This document shows positions 1-10,000 of a stretch of 64,000 nt of DNA, piece by piece. The DNA comes from a virus. A program made the translations under genes and the position numbers. Each line of letters starts with the position of its first letter. Within the stretch, counting starts at the first letter, position 1. The notes below the pieces were generated by a model. The model had not been told where the DNA came from. It worked only from the letters and a program-made list of their open reading frames with translations, and made no database searches. The stretch is taken from the UHGV virus genome UHGV-1374678; one strand, written 5' to 3'.

Positions 1-1038
1 ATATTCACCAGACTCTCTTCTGTTTACAAAATCTACTTTAAATTCTGTCTCATCTAATCCAATTGGGTTTATTTCCATATCTATATCATGATTTTTTTCT
101 AGTGGATTATAGATGCTATAATAGTTATAATATCTTTTACCATAATATTCTTTTGCTTTAATTTGTTTCTCTTTTTCTTCAATTAAATCAGCCAATAACT
201 CGTCATCTAAATCAATTGTTCTGTAGCTGTCATACTTAGGAGTTGAGAAATACCAATACCCACCGCCAGTTTCTTTCGTGCCATTTTGTTTTAATTTATC
301 TTCTTTTGTTCTGTTCTTATTTGACATCCATTGCACTTGCCTATTTACAGTTAATGTTTTATCTTTAAAGTCTATATCTTCCCAAACAAGTCCAAATGTT
401 TCGCCTAATCTTAAACCACAATGATATGCAATCATCAATGGAATATAAGCAGAAGATCCCTTTGGAAATCTATCAAATATCTTTTCCATCATTTCCTTTG
501 GAATAAAAACATGACTATCAATTCTTGACTTTACTTCTGTTCTTTTTGGAATTTTTAATTTATAAGCAGGAGATGATTTTATTATTTTGTTCATCTCACC
601 CCAATCAAATATAGAGTTAATTAGTCCTTTAACGCTAGTAAGCGTATTCTTTGAAAATCCTTTGTTAGCCATGTCGGTTATTAATTCTTGCAATTGTAAT
701 CTTGTAACAGATTTAGCCATATATTTGCCAATTACAGGCTTTATATAGAGTCTTATTTTCTTTTCATATCCATCAATTGTTTGTGCTTGCAAATCAGTTT
801 TTCCATACTCTTCGAGCCATTTATCACATAAATCTGATACTGACATTTCAGATGGAACAACAACTTCTCCACAGTTTTCATATTGTTCAAGTGCTTCACG
901 TCCGGCTTTGAGAGCTTCTGCTTTTGTTTTAAAACCACTCTTTGATTTCTGTTGTCTTTTTCCATTAATCGAAGCAAGAGTTATTCTATATTCCCAACTT
1001 GCACCAGATGGTCTTTTTCTTGCACTAACATCTCCCAT
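1..1038 (-). CDS. Tyrosine recombinase / phage integrase (Tn916-Int-like; N-terminal arm-binding domain plus core). Partial: C-terminus runs off the window start.
   Basis: Minus-strand ORF from ATG at 1038 with GGAGGGA RBS 7 nt upstream. N-terminus MGDVSARKRPSGASWEYRIT resembles the AP2/arm-binding domain of Tn916-type integrases. Box I-like AYHCGLRLGETFGLVWEDIDFKDKTLTV. Not in the ORF track because it lacks an in-window stop. Confidence 0.7.
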   Translation of the reverse strand, partial: MGDVSARKRPSGASWEYRITLASINGKRQQKSKSGFKTKAEALKAGREALEQYENCGEVVVPSEMSVSDLCDKWLEEYGKTDLQAQTIDGYEKKIRLYIKPVIGKYMAKSVTRLQLQELITDMANKGFSKNTLTSVKGLINSIFDWGEMNKIIKSSPAYKLKIPKRTEVKSRIDSHVFIPKEMMEKIFDRFPKGSSAYIPLMIAYHCGLRLGETFGLVWEDIDFKDKTLTVNRQVQWMSNKNRTKEDKLKQNGTKETGGGYWYFSTPKYDSYRTIDLDDELLADLIEEKEKQIKAKEYYGKRYYNYYSIYNPLEKNHDIDMEINPIGLDETEFKVDFVNRRESGEY

Positions 1039-1143
1039 AAAAATCCCTCCATTTATTTAATTTGTATTATCCAAGTAATCTCAAGGCAGTATTATATAAT
1101 AACATGTAAAACCATCGGGTTCAACTCTTATTACAAAAATCGT

Positions 1144-1187
1144 AAAAAAATGGGGAATAGAAGAGTATTAAATCTCAACTATTCCCC
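1144..1187 (-). terminator. Rho-independent terminator downstream of the endolysin gene
   Basis: 9-bp stem GGGGAATAG/CTATTCCCC followed on the minus strand by a T7 run (plus 1144-1150 AAAAAAA). Confidence 0.55.
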
Positions 1188-1207
1188 ATAATATTATTTA
1201 CAGAAAA

Positions 1208-2227
1208 TTAATTTGGACAAATCTGGAATCTATCCATTGATCTTCCGAAAGCTCCAGCATAACCATCCATGCCATTACCTTTCTCATTATCATACTGCCA
1301 TGAGTAGTAATCTTTGCCAATTACGGCAACTCTGTATTTAGCTTTCTTATATCCATACTTATTTGCATAAGCAGACGGTGTATTGTAATATACTTCAATC
1401 GCATCAATCTCTTTTCCATTTCCTGCATATCCATTATTCCCGTCAGAGACATTATATCCTGTTACATAAGGCAACCATTTTCCACCTTTAATATGAACAC
1501 GATATTTGACAGACCCTTTGTCAACTCCAATAGCAATATCTGTAATAGCCTTGCCTCTTACACCTGCATAATCTGCGAGGTTGTGCACTTCAGGATACCA
1601 TTTTCCACCAGCACGAACTTTATATTTAAATGTAATTGTTGGTTTTGAAACAGAAGTGGAATTTGAAGAACCAGAAGATGACTGTGAACCTGAAGACTGA
1701 GATGGAGTAGGGGTAGTTGCCACTGTACCACTTACTATATCTTTTTTAAACTGATTCCAAATAGAAGAGTCGCATCCGTTTGCTCCCCATCCGTTCCATC
1801 CTGGGCAACATTTAGAACATACATCCCAATGACGAACAACATGGTTTGCATCAATTTCATATTTTTTCATCAAGCTTTTTGTAAGCTCTACAGTATTTCT
1901 ATATGTAGCGTCTGCAATCTTTCCGCCAGTAGAACACATTTCAATACTAATAGAATTGTTATTTGTGCATTTGCCGAATAAATTATTTGATCCATAATTG
2001 CGACCAACAGCCCAAGCTGTATTTTCGTCTTTAACGACCTGTACTACAGTTGTTTCATCTACAAAATAATGGGCAGATGCTCCACGATTTGTATTTTTAA
2101 AATAGTTGGCATTACTCGTAGATTTATCGTTCTGATTTCCTGTGTAGTGAATGACAATATATTTTCTTCCGGAATTACCTTTTGAGTAATTAACGGTTGT
2201 AAGATTTTGAATAAAATTATATGACAT
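1208..2227 (-). CDS. Endolysin: N-acetylmuramoyl-L-alanine amidase (amidase_2/PGRP-like) with C-terminal repeated cell-wall-binding modules
   Basis: KYIVIHYTGNQN...SAHYFVD amidase_2-like N-terminal motifs. Ser/Gly-rich linker. Two C-terminal repeats (GGKWYPEV... / GGKWLPYV...). RBS AAAAGGAGGAG upstream. Last gene of the late operon. Confidence 0.75.
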   Translation of the reverse strand: MSYNFIQNLTTVNYSKGNSGRKYIVIHYTGNQNDKSTSNANYFKNTNRGASAHYFVDETTVVQVVKDENTAWAVGRNYGSNNLFGKCTNNNSISIEMCSTGGKIADATYRNTVELTKSLMKKYEIDANHVVRHWDVCSKCCPGWNGWGANGCDSSIWNQFKKDIVSGTVATTPTPSQSSGSQSSSGSSNSTSVSKPTITFKYKVRAGGKWYPEVHNLADYAGVRGKAITDIAIGVDKGSVKYRVHIKGGKWLPYVTGYNVSDGNNGYAGNGKEIDAIEVYYNTPSAYANKYGYKKAKYRVAVIGKDYYSWQYDNEKGNGMDGYAGAFGRSMDRFQICPN

Positions 2228-2245
2228 AAAACTCCTCCTTTTAAC

Positions 2246-2300
2246 ACATAAAAAATAAAAGCAAGCGTAAATACTCGAAAAAAGTATTAATTAGCTTGCT
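2246..2300 (-). terminator. Nested hairpin terminator between the 148-aa gene and the endolysin
   Basis: Stem AAGCAAGC/GCTTGCTT enclosing an inner hairpin AATACT/AGTATT, followed on the minus strand by TTATTTTTT. Confidence 0.4.
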
Positions 2301-2369
2301 TTTTGGAACTTATCCTCTTTATTTTTTGTTTGAATTGCTACTTTTGTGAGATTTCTATTTTTCAAATAC

Positions 2370-2816
2370 TCAATCAACAATCCATACAACATTCCCACCA
2401 ATATAACTTCCAGTAATTGAGGTGGCTACATTTGCACCATAAAAAAGACCAACTTTCCCGGTGCCAGACGAAGTTGGTGTAACTGAAATAAAATAATCTC
2501 CTCGTGTTTGTCCTCTAACAAAAGCTGAGGCAAATGTATAATTAGACGGTCTATCTTTCTCTTCGAGGTTTACAATGGTTCCATTGCTAGATGATGATGC
2601 ATCGACGATATGTAAAATCCTCAACTTTCCCAACCTTTGTAATCTTACACCAGATGCCAAAGTGACAAGTTCTGGCTCACAGCCATCAACATAATCCTGA
2701 ATAGTTGTACTATTATCTTTTAACATGACATTTTCCGCACTAATAAATATTTTCTGAAATCCATTAGCAATTTTACGAAACAATGGAATAATAATCCCTG
2801 TATTAGTTTGAGCCAT
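2370..2816 (-). CDS. Hypothetical phage protein (148 aa), late operon
   Basis: ORF translationally coupled to the upstream gene (stop/start overlap at 2816). No TM segments, so not a holin. Confidence 0.45.
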   Translation of the reverse strand: MAQTNTGIIIPLFRKIANGFQKIFISAENVMLKDNSTTIQDYVDGCEPELVTLASGVRLQRLGKLRILHIVDASSSSNGTIVNLEEKDRPSNYTFASAFVRGQTRGDYFISVTPTSSGTGKVGLFYGANVATSITGSYIGGNVVWIVD

Positions 2817-3610
2817 TAAATCACCACCCTGTCCACAGAAATTTTTTTGAAATTTGGATTATCGATAATTCCATATACAGGAATATCGTTTTCAGAATCG
2901 TCAGTTAATGATAATGTCATTGTTTCTGATTCTTGGTTTTTATCAACAATAAACGGTACATTATCCGTTGTTGTTTTATACAACTCTCCGTTGTACACAC
3001 ATTTATATCCTTCGTCTTTTGCAACAAAATTTTGTGTCGCAAGATCAATAAATAAAGGATATATATCTATAAACTTTGTTGCATCATCATCACTTAAATT
3101 CTGAGCAAGAGTAGACACTACATCGTATGACAAATCGTATTTATTAGCCTTTTTCGACAACGAATTAATTCTATCATTAATACTGGCGTTCTCAAGAGTA
3201 ACGGTAATTATTGTCCCATTTTTTGTGATTTTTTCACTTTCTATTTCTGCTGGATGAAAGACCTTCTGAACAACTCTGTTTCCATCTTCGTCTACAATTT
3301 CTTCTCCAGTTTCGGCATCTACTAAGTTCTCTTCAGTAAAATAGCCTTCTTTAATAATAGTATTTTTTTTGATTGTTATTGAGCCATTTTCTGATTGAAT
3401 TGATTTTAATTTCATGTCCAAAGAATAACTTGTTTTTATACTAGTTTCATCGTCATACAGTGTACAGTTTTTAATTATATCGTCCCCAAAGAATACTGCG
3501 ATTGTAGAATAATCCGAATCAAAAAATTTAAAAATACATGATGTTTTTGTCAGATAAAAATCATAATATTCTATTTGATCTGTGTTGTTTAAACTTAAAT
3601 ATTTCGCCAT
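2816..3610 (-). CDS. Hypothetical tail-associated protein (264 aa)
   Basis: ORF in the tail-fibre gene block, with RBS. Confidence 0.45.
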   Translation of the reverse strand: MAKYLSLNNTDQIEYYDFYLTKTSCIFKFFDSDYSTIAVFFGDDIIKNCTLYDDETSIKTSYSLDMKLKSIQSENGSITIKKNTIIKEGYFTEENLVDAETGEEIVDEDGNRVVQKVFHPAEIESEKITKNGTIITVTLENASINDRINSLSKKANKYDLSYDVVSTLAQNLSDDDATKFIDIYPLFIDLATQNFVAKDEGYKCVYNGELYKTTTDNVPFIVDKNQESETMTLSLTDDSENDIPVYGIIDNPNFKKISVDRVVI

Positions 3611-3624
3611 TTTCTCCCTCCTTT

Positions 3625-5493
3625 TTAAGACGAACTTAAGTCAATGGTTGCAATAATTGGACACCAAATGCTATTATCTATTAAATTTTCTGGTTCAATT
3701 TCTTCACTTTCAGTAAAAGTAATTTTCTCCGAAATTGTTTCCAAGACTTTTCTTTGATTGCTTTCAGAATCGGTTACTATAACATCACTTGCAACTATCA
3801 ATTTACAATTACTTGACAAATTGTCCTGATTTGGAATTTCCCCGATTAATACAGTACCATTATCACTAACTGTCATTAAAGGGCTTCCTTGACCAACAGA
3901 GGTAACATATGTAATACTTTGCATTTTATCTGTTATAACAAATTCAAAATCATATGACTTTTGATTATCCAATGTAATGAATAAGGCGTTGGAATATGAA
4001 ATTTTAAAATCATTTCCAGAAGTGGAAACTGAAGGAGATATGGCAGTATAGCTTGACCAGCTTCCATTTTGTGTACGATATCTGTATTTTAATGATTGTA
4101 ATGAATTTCTATTTGAAGAAGTGTAAACTCTAGAAATATATCCATCTACTACAAGACTTGTTTCTTTTTCGAAGTTGTTTATACGGGATAAATTTAAGTC
4201 AATTGATGGATTATGATATAAATAAACCTGAAATGATTTTGAAACTAAGTTGCTAATATTCCCTCTTGAATCAACAGCCTCAATATTTATTTTTACAGTT
4301 CCAGGTTGTGAAAATGATCCAAAGTCTAAAGATAAAGTAGAAGAGGACTCTTCAATCTTTTTTAATATCGTAGTTTTATCCGGATCTGTCACTGATACAT
4401 TGTAATAACTAATTGTTGAACTATTTTGTGGAGTAGCTTTCTGTGATTGCGTCAAAGATACTTTTAGGTTTCCATAATAAGTAATCATAGTAGTGCTGTT
4501 GCCAAGCATAGAAATAGATTTAGAGTCGGTATTAGCAAACGTAAAAGTTGACAAAACTGGATTACTATTTGTTACAAAAGCCTTTCCTAAATATTCATTT
4601 GTATATTCTTTTGAATTTATAGTTGTCCCACATATAATTTTGATTTGACATTCGTTTGAATTTGGCGTATTATCAAACATTGTTGTTTTAAAGTTAGTCA
4701 AATCCCATTCATAAGTTTCTTGTTGTATCTCTTTACACTCATCAATTAAATCCCATTCATCGGATAAGTTTTTTTGATATAGTCTAAGAAATGATTTATT
4801 GTTTGAATAATTTGTAAAAGAAAGAGATAATTTTTCTCCAATATTACATGATATTGAAGAATTGTTTATCGACGCAATCGGTTTTGTTTTAAACGTTTTG
4901 TAGGCACTGTCTTTCCATAACTGACTGTCTTTTCTTTTCACACTAATTTTTATTTTATAATCCTTTCCCGGATCCAACCCGGTTACATCAAAAGACAATC
5001 CAGTTAAATATACCCATTGTTTTCCTTCTATCATATATGCCACACTATCACAAGCTGCATCTGCATTCCACGTAATACGGACACTTGTTTGTGTTATATC
5101 CGATAAGGTATAAGTAGTTATGTTTGCATAACGTCCAATTTTTGTCAGAGCAAAAGAACCAGAAGCCGCAAAGGAAGCAGGGGATATACCAGTATAAAAA
5201 CCTCCTGCACAACTAATAGTTTTACTTCCGTCGCTGTTATGTGGTATCTTGAAACTGTAACTTCCTACAGTCCACCAAGTTCCGGCAGGTGTATTATTCC
5301 AATTAAATGTCAAAGAATGATTTCCTGATGCCGTTCCATTACAATTTATATACCAATATGCACTAGAGCTATGTCCAATCATTGCATAATTAGTACGTCT
5401 TATCTGCATTGTTATTGTTACATTAGAATAGTTTTCTTGTCCTCCGGACACATATGTTTCAGAGCATGTAAGTCTGCTTTCCCAATTTGCCAA
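3625..5493 (-). CDS. Tail fibre / receptor-binding protein candidate (622 aa) with FN3-like segment
   Basis: Position after the Tal-like gene. Ser/Thr/Asn-rich beta-type composition. FN3-like stretch (DPGKDYKIKISVKRKD). Confidence 0.45.
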   Translation of the reverse strand: MANWESRLTCSETYVSGGQENYSNVTITMQIRRTNYAMIGHSSSAYWYINCNGTASGNHSLTFNWNNTPAGTWWTVGSYSFKIPHNSDGSKTISCAGGFYTGISPASFAASGSFALTKIGRYANITTYTLSDITQTSVRITWNADAACDSVAYMIEGKQWVYLTGLSFDVTGLDPGKDYKIKISVKRKDSQLWKDSAYKTFKTKPIASINNSSISCNIGEKLSLSFTNYSNNKSFLRLYQKNLSDEWDLIDECKEIQQETYEWDLTNFKTTMFDNTPNSNECQIKIICGTTINSKEYTNEYLGKAFVTNSNPVLSTFTFANTDSKSISMLGNSTTMITYYGNLKVSLTQSQKATPQNSSTISYYNVSVTDPDKTTILKKIEESSSTLSLDFGSFSQPGTVKINIEAVDSRGNISNLVSKSFQVYLYHNPSIDLNLSRINNFEKETSLVVDGYISRVYTSSNRNSLQSLKYRYRTQNGSWSSYTAISPSVSTSGNDFKISYSNALFITLDNQKSYDFEFVITDKMQSITYVTSVGQGSPLMTVSDNGTVLIGEIPNQDNLSSNCKLIVASDVIVTDSESNQRKVLETISEKITFTESEEIEPENLIDNSIWCPIIATIDLSSS

Positions 5494-5510
5494 TTTATCA
5501 CCTCGTTTCT

Positions 5511-7052
5511 TTATGAATTTCCAGAGCTAGATATGAATACCAAGCTTCCAATCTTCAAATTCCCAAAAGTATAAGTCATTGGTATTTCTTTTATGGTATA
5601 ATGATCTACACCATTTTTTACTTTAAGTCGTGTTAAATACATTAAATCTTTTTCAATACTCATTGCGTTCTCATAAGTTCCACGACCATTATCATATTCG
5701 ATTTTAATCGTATCCCCTGTAAACTGTGTTCGATATCCTTCACTGGCAGATCGAGTAATTGTCATTCCGTCATGCGTTAAAGACATGCTTACTGTCTCTG
5801 TTGCATAAGAGTCATCATATGCACCAATGTTTGCCAATGATACACGCCATCCATTTGCATCAAGAATCTCTTGTGCTTGTTTTTCTACCGCACCTTGGAT
5901 TGAGGTTACTTGTTGAGAAATTTGATCAGAATTTAATTTGATTTCAGATATTTGCTTATTAACCGAATCTGTAAGAGTAGGAATTGTATCATCCTGAATT
6001 TCTTGAGTTGTATTTTCCACGCTTTCAACTCGTTGTGTAATAGAATCAACATCTGTTGCTATACTTGCGTAGTTATTCTCTGCATCCTGAACTTTTTGAG
6101 TAATAGAATCAAGATTTACTTTAATAAAAGACAAGTTCTTATTAACCAGTCCGTCATTTATAAGGTAAGTCTTTCCATCTGAAGTTTCGTCGTATGTACC
6201 ATTTTTTTCGCTATTAAATAATTCGTACCAGTTATTTCCATCTAAAGATACTACAAGTTTATGATTATATGATTTTCCTTCTTTATGGTAAATAGTAATA
6301 TAACCAGTATTTATTGCATTTTCTTCGCCTAGGTCAATCTGGATATAATGCCAGTCAGAATCTGTGGTTGTCACGTTTGTATCCAAATCTTCATCTACAA
6401 AATTTTTAATATCTTCTAACTCAATATCCGACGAAAGAGTGGTTGAGGTCAAACATGCAACATTCTGTTCGCCAGATACAATATTTGTATTATTTGTTAC
6501 AACTTTACACTCGACCCAACAGCTTTCCGTATTATCTGTTGCCAATGCGAGATAATCTCGAATATATCTAATTTTTGCAGGAAGTATATCTTGTTTTGAA
6601 GCAACTGACAATTCAATAAAATCTGCTCTTTGCTCAAAATTTGACTGAATAGAATATAGTTTTTGATCAAAATCTTCTGGAGCAGGAGTCCACGCAGTTG
6701 CAACCGTACCAGTTTCTAATTTCGCATTGTAAAACCAATATTCTCCCGAATTAAATATTAAATCAATATATAAAGACTCATTATCTTCTACAGAAAATTT
6801 TTGAACAAACCTTTTCCATTCAATTTCAGAAGAAAGTTCGAATTCCTGATCTTTAATTTTTAGTGTGATAGAAGATTGATTTTTTGATTTAAGAATAATC
6901 TGATAGACATAATCTCCTGTCAACTTTATTGTATTATTCAATCTTAAAGTTGTTGTTTCTGTACATTCAATATGTCCACAAGTTATTTCTTCCCCAGACA
7001 TTCCGACAATAGAAACTGAATCAAAATTTTTCAAATTATAACCTCCTTCCAT
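5511..7052 (-). CDS. Tail fibre-like protein (513 aa) with coiled-coil stretch
   Basis: Central heptad-like region (NTTQEIQDD...SEIKLNSDQISQQVTSIQGAVEKQAQEI). Position in the tail-tip block. Confidence 0.4.
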   Translation of the reverse strand: MEGGYNLKNFDSVSIVGMSGEEITCGHIECTETTTLRLNNTIKLTGDYVYQIILKSKNQSSITLKIKDQEFELSSEIEWKRFVQKFSVEDNESLYIDLIFNSGEYWFYNAKLETGTVATAWTPAPEDFDQKLYSIQSNFEQRADFIELSVASKQDILPAKIRYIRDYLALATDNTESCWVECKVVTNNTNIVSGEQNVACLTSTTLSSDIELEDIKNFVDEDLDTNVTTTDSDWHYIQIDLGEENAINTGYITIYHKEGKSYNHKLVVSLDGNNWYELFNSEKNGTYDETSDGKTYLINDGLVNKNLSFIKVNLDSITQKVQDAENNYASIATDVDSITQRVESVENTTQEIQDDTIPTLTDSVNKQISEIKLNSDQISQQVTSIQGAVEKQAQEILDANGWRVSLANIGAYDDSYATETVSMSLTHDGMTITRSASEGYRTQFTGDTIKIEYDNGRGTYENAMSIEKDLMYLTRLKVKNGVDHYTIKEIPMTYTFGNLKIGSLVFISSSGNS

Positions 7053-7079
7053 TTTATGTAGAGAGGCAAATATACCTCT

Positions 7080-10000
7080 CTACATGATTTCATATTCTTT
7101 AAAATCTAACGTGTTTGAATTCCTTAATAAATTACGTCCTCCAACACTCAATGCAGCCAAAGCATCTTTTGACAGATATTTTTGTGATACCTCTGTTTTA
7201 AAAGACGCTGCATCTTGCTTTAAATTCGATATCTCTCCATTTGCAGATTCAACAGATTGTTGAATTTGTTCTGATGTTTGTTGTAATTTAGAGATGTTTC
7301 CATTTGCATCCTCTACGCTTTGAGCAATTTTGTCTGCTCTTAATGTCAAGTCAGATTTGATTGTATTAACATTATCTTTGGTTTCGTAAGTTTCGCTTAC
7401 TTCCAATTTAATCTCTTTTGCACTTTCTGAGATAGCAGAAGATAAGGCACTTTTCATAGAATCATTGGTAACATAATTACTTTCAACTGTCTGTCTAAAT
7501 CCTTCTGCGGTCTGCTCGTTTTGAGATACTTTTTCTGATAATTTTTGAACAGTCGAACCGTCAGCTTTCTTTTCAAGCGTTGACTGTACGTCAGAAACAG
7601 TAGAAGAAATATTTCCAATAATAGACTTTGTTTCAGCCAGCTGATCCCTAACTATCTTTATTTCTGAGTTGTCATATTCTTGAATTTTTGTATTAATATC
7701 ACTCTGCCAAATTTTACTATCAATACTTTTTTCAACGGCATCAACCTTTGAAGACATACCAGACATTGAGGTTTTTATTTCTTTGATTTCTTCCGAAAGA
7801 GAGTTAGAATCAGACAATACGACAACTGTTTGTTCGTCTAATTGATTAGAAACTCCTCCTGACGAACATAAAATACATTGTATTGATTCTACATCGTCAG
7901 TAGAAATATTATATACAATACTATCTTCGTCCTCTATTGACATATATTTAGTGGAGTATGTTGATCCATCTGGCGATTCTTTTACAATAAACCTTCCTAA
8001 GTATGATTGTTTTTTAGTTGAATTACCTTCTCTATACGATGAAGAAAATGTAATTGTATTTGGAATAAAATCTCCGTTCTTATTCTTCTTTACAACAAGA
8101 GAAGATGCATTTAATTCAAAAATCCTTGCAGACGCTCCGGCTTGCCCAGGATCTCCCATTTTTGATTTTGTCCAATTAAAATTTTTAACAATCTCTTTGC
8201 CGTTAATTGTAAATGTAATTGGAATTGTTCCTGTTAAGATGTCATCTCCACCAAGATTTGCGTTCTGCGAAATATTTAAAATAACTTTTCCAGACGTAGT
8301 ATCTGTTGCGTCTTCAATTGTTCCTAACGTCATACCAGTAGGAAGAACCCCAACTGTTGCAGAACATGAAACCTGGGACATGCCAACAAAACCAATAAAA
8401 GGAATCTCAATTAACAATGGGAGAGAAGTGAGTCCATTATTATCACAAGGGATATTTTGTGATTCATTTGACATTACAATATTAAAAGATGGTTCAATCC
8501 CAGAAATGTCTTTCTTCACAGATTCTATTGATTCACGAATCGATGTGAATTCTACATCAATTCCTTTTCCATTTATTACAACTTTTCCTGCGTCGATATT
8601 TCCATTTTCGTCAGGCTCAACAATACTAAAATTTAATTTATCTTTACTAATTGAATTATCAGCAAGCATATCGTTTTTTATCAAACCATCAGAAATAGCA
8701 GATTCTTTTACCCCTGTTGAGTCAATTAATACTCCTTGCCCAGTTTCATCATAAAGACAGAATGTAAAATTATTCGTAGCATCCCTGCCTATCTGAATTC
8801 TTACAACGTTATTAGAATCTTTAAACTGCATTGTGTTTCCAATAATTTCAACACCGCCATCTTCAGACACAATATGGAATTTATCTGTACTAATATCACT
8901 TGCTTTTAACATTGACACTGTGATATTTGCTGCAATAAGATCTCGTATTACAGCTTCGTCAATTTGCACATTTTCTGCTGTAAGCTTAATTACATGAGCA
9001 ATTTCTGCACTAATATTACCAGCCAACAAGTTATCAATTGCAGCAACCAAAGCAGATAAAGTCTTAAAATCGGCACTTTCCGAAATGATTTTGTCTGCCG
9101 TTATAAGCTTTACTTGCAAATATTCAAAGAATCCATTCTCGCCAATAATGTCAGTTACTTGAATCATTTTTGCATTTAAATCAGAAATAGAAATAGATCC
9201 ACTACCTCCGGCAATAATTCCTGCAAATTCATTATTCACAATTTGAGATACTTTGTTTGAAAAAGCTCCACTAGAAATGAGTTTTTGTATAAGACCAGCA
9301 GTTAAAGTTACGCCTTCGTTATTTAAAAAGTTATTGGAATTTCCAGACGCAGATGTTTTTGAACCACCAGTAGAAGAATCTAAAAGAGACATGGTATCAC
9401 TACGAGAACTTCTGGATTGAATCATATTAGAGAAAGAAATGGACAAGTTATTATCCATAATCATTGGATAATATTCCATTGAAACCACACGAAGTTTTAC
9501 GATTTTATTTTTCCCCAGACCAAGATGTATATAGTCCCCTACATTTAATTGGTCTGTATAATTCTTGTAATCATATTTTGCAAGAAAATTATCTAAACTT
9601 GTTGTGTAAGTGTATTGTGGATGTGCGGAAATGTATAAATCATCTTGTGCGGCATTTAACAGTTTTAACTGTTCGTCTATTGCAGACACCTGATCGTCAG
9701 AATCCACAAGAAACATATTCTCATTTGTATAGTCACCGTCTATGTACAACTTTGACAGTTCTAATAGCTCGTCTTCTGTAAATGGAAGAATCTCTTGAGA
9801 CAAAAGGAATCTGTTTCCTTCTTCGTCTACAATATAATTTCCCTCTTCATCTGTAAGATATTTCTCAGACCCGTCAAGAACATGTTCCCAAGTTTCTTTT
9901 TCTACAGACTCGGCAATGGCTTTTCTTGCATCGTCATATTCTTTTTGGATTGCTTTAGCCGAATCAATCTCTACCTGTCTTTGATTATATGCCTCTTTGC

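Noticed and set aside
753-1191. Track ORFs 753..977(-) and 952..1191(+)
   Set aside because: Both overlap the clear integrase frame or the terminator region. No RBS. Low-complexity translation.
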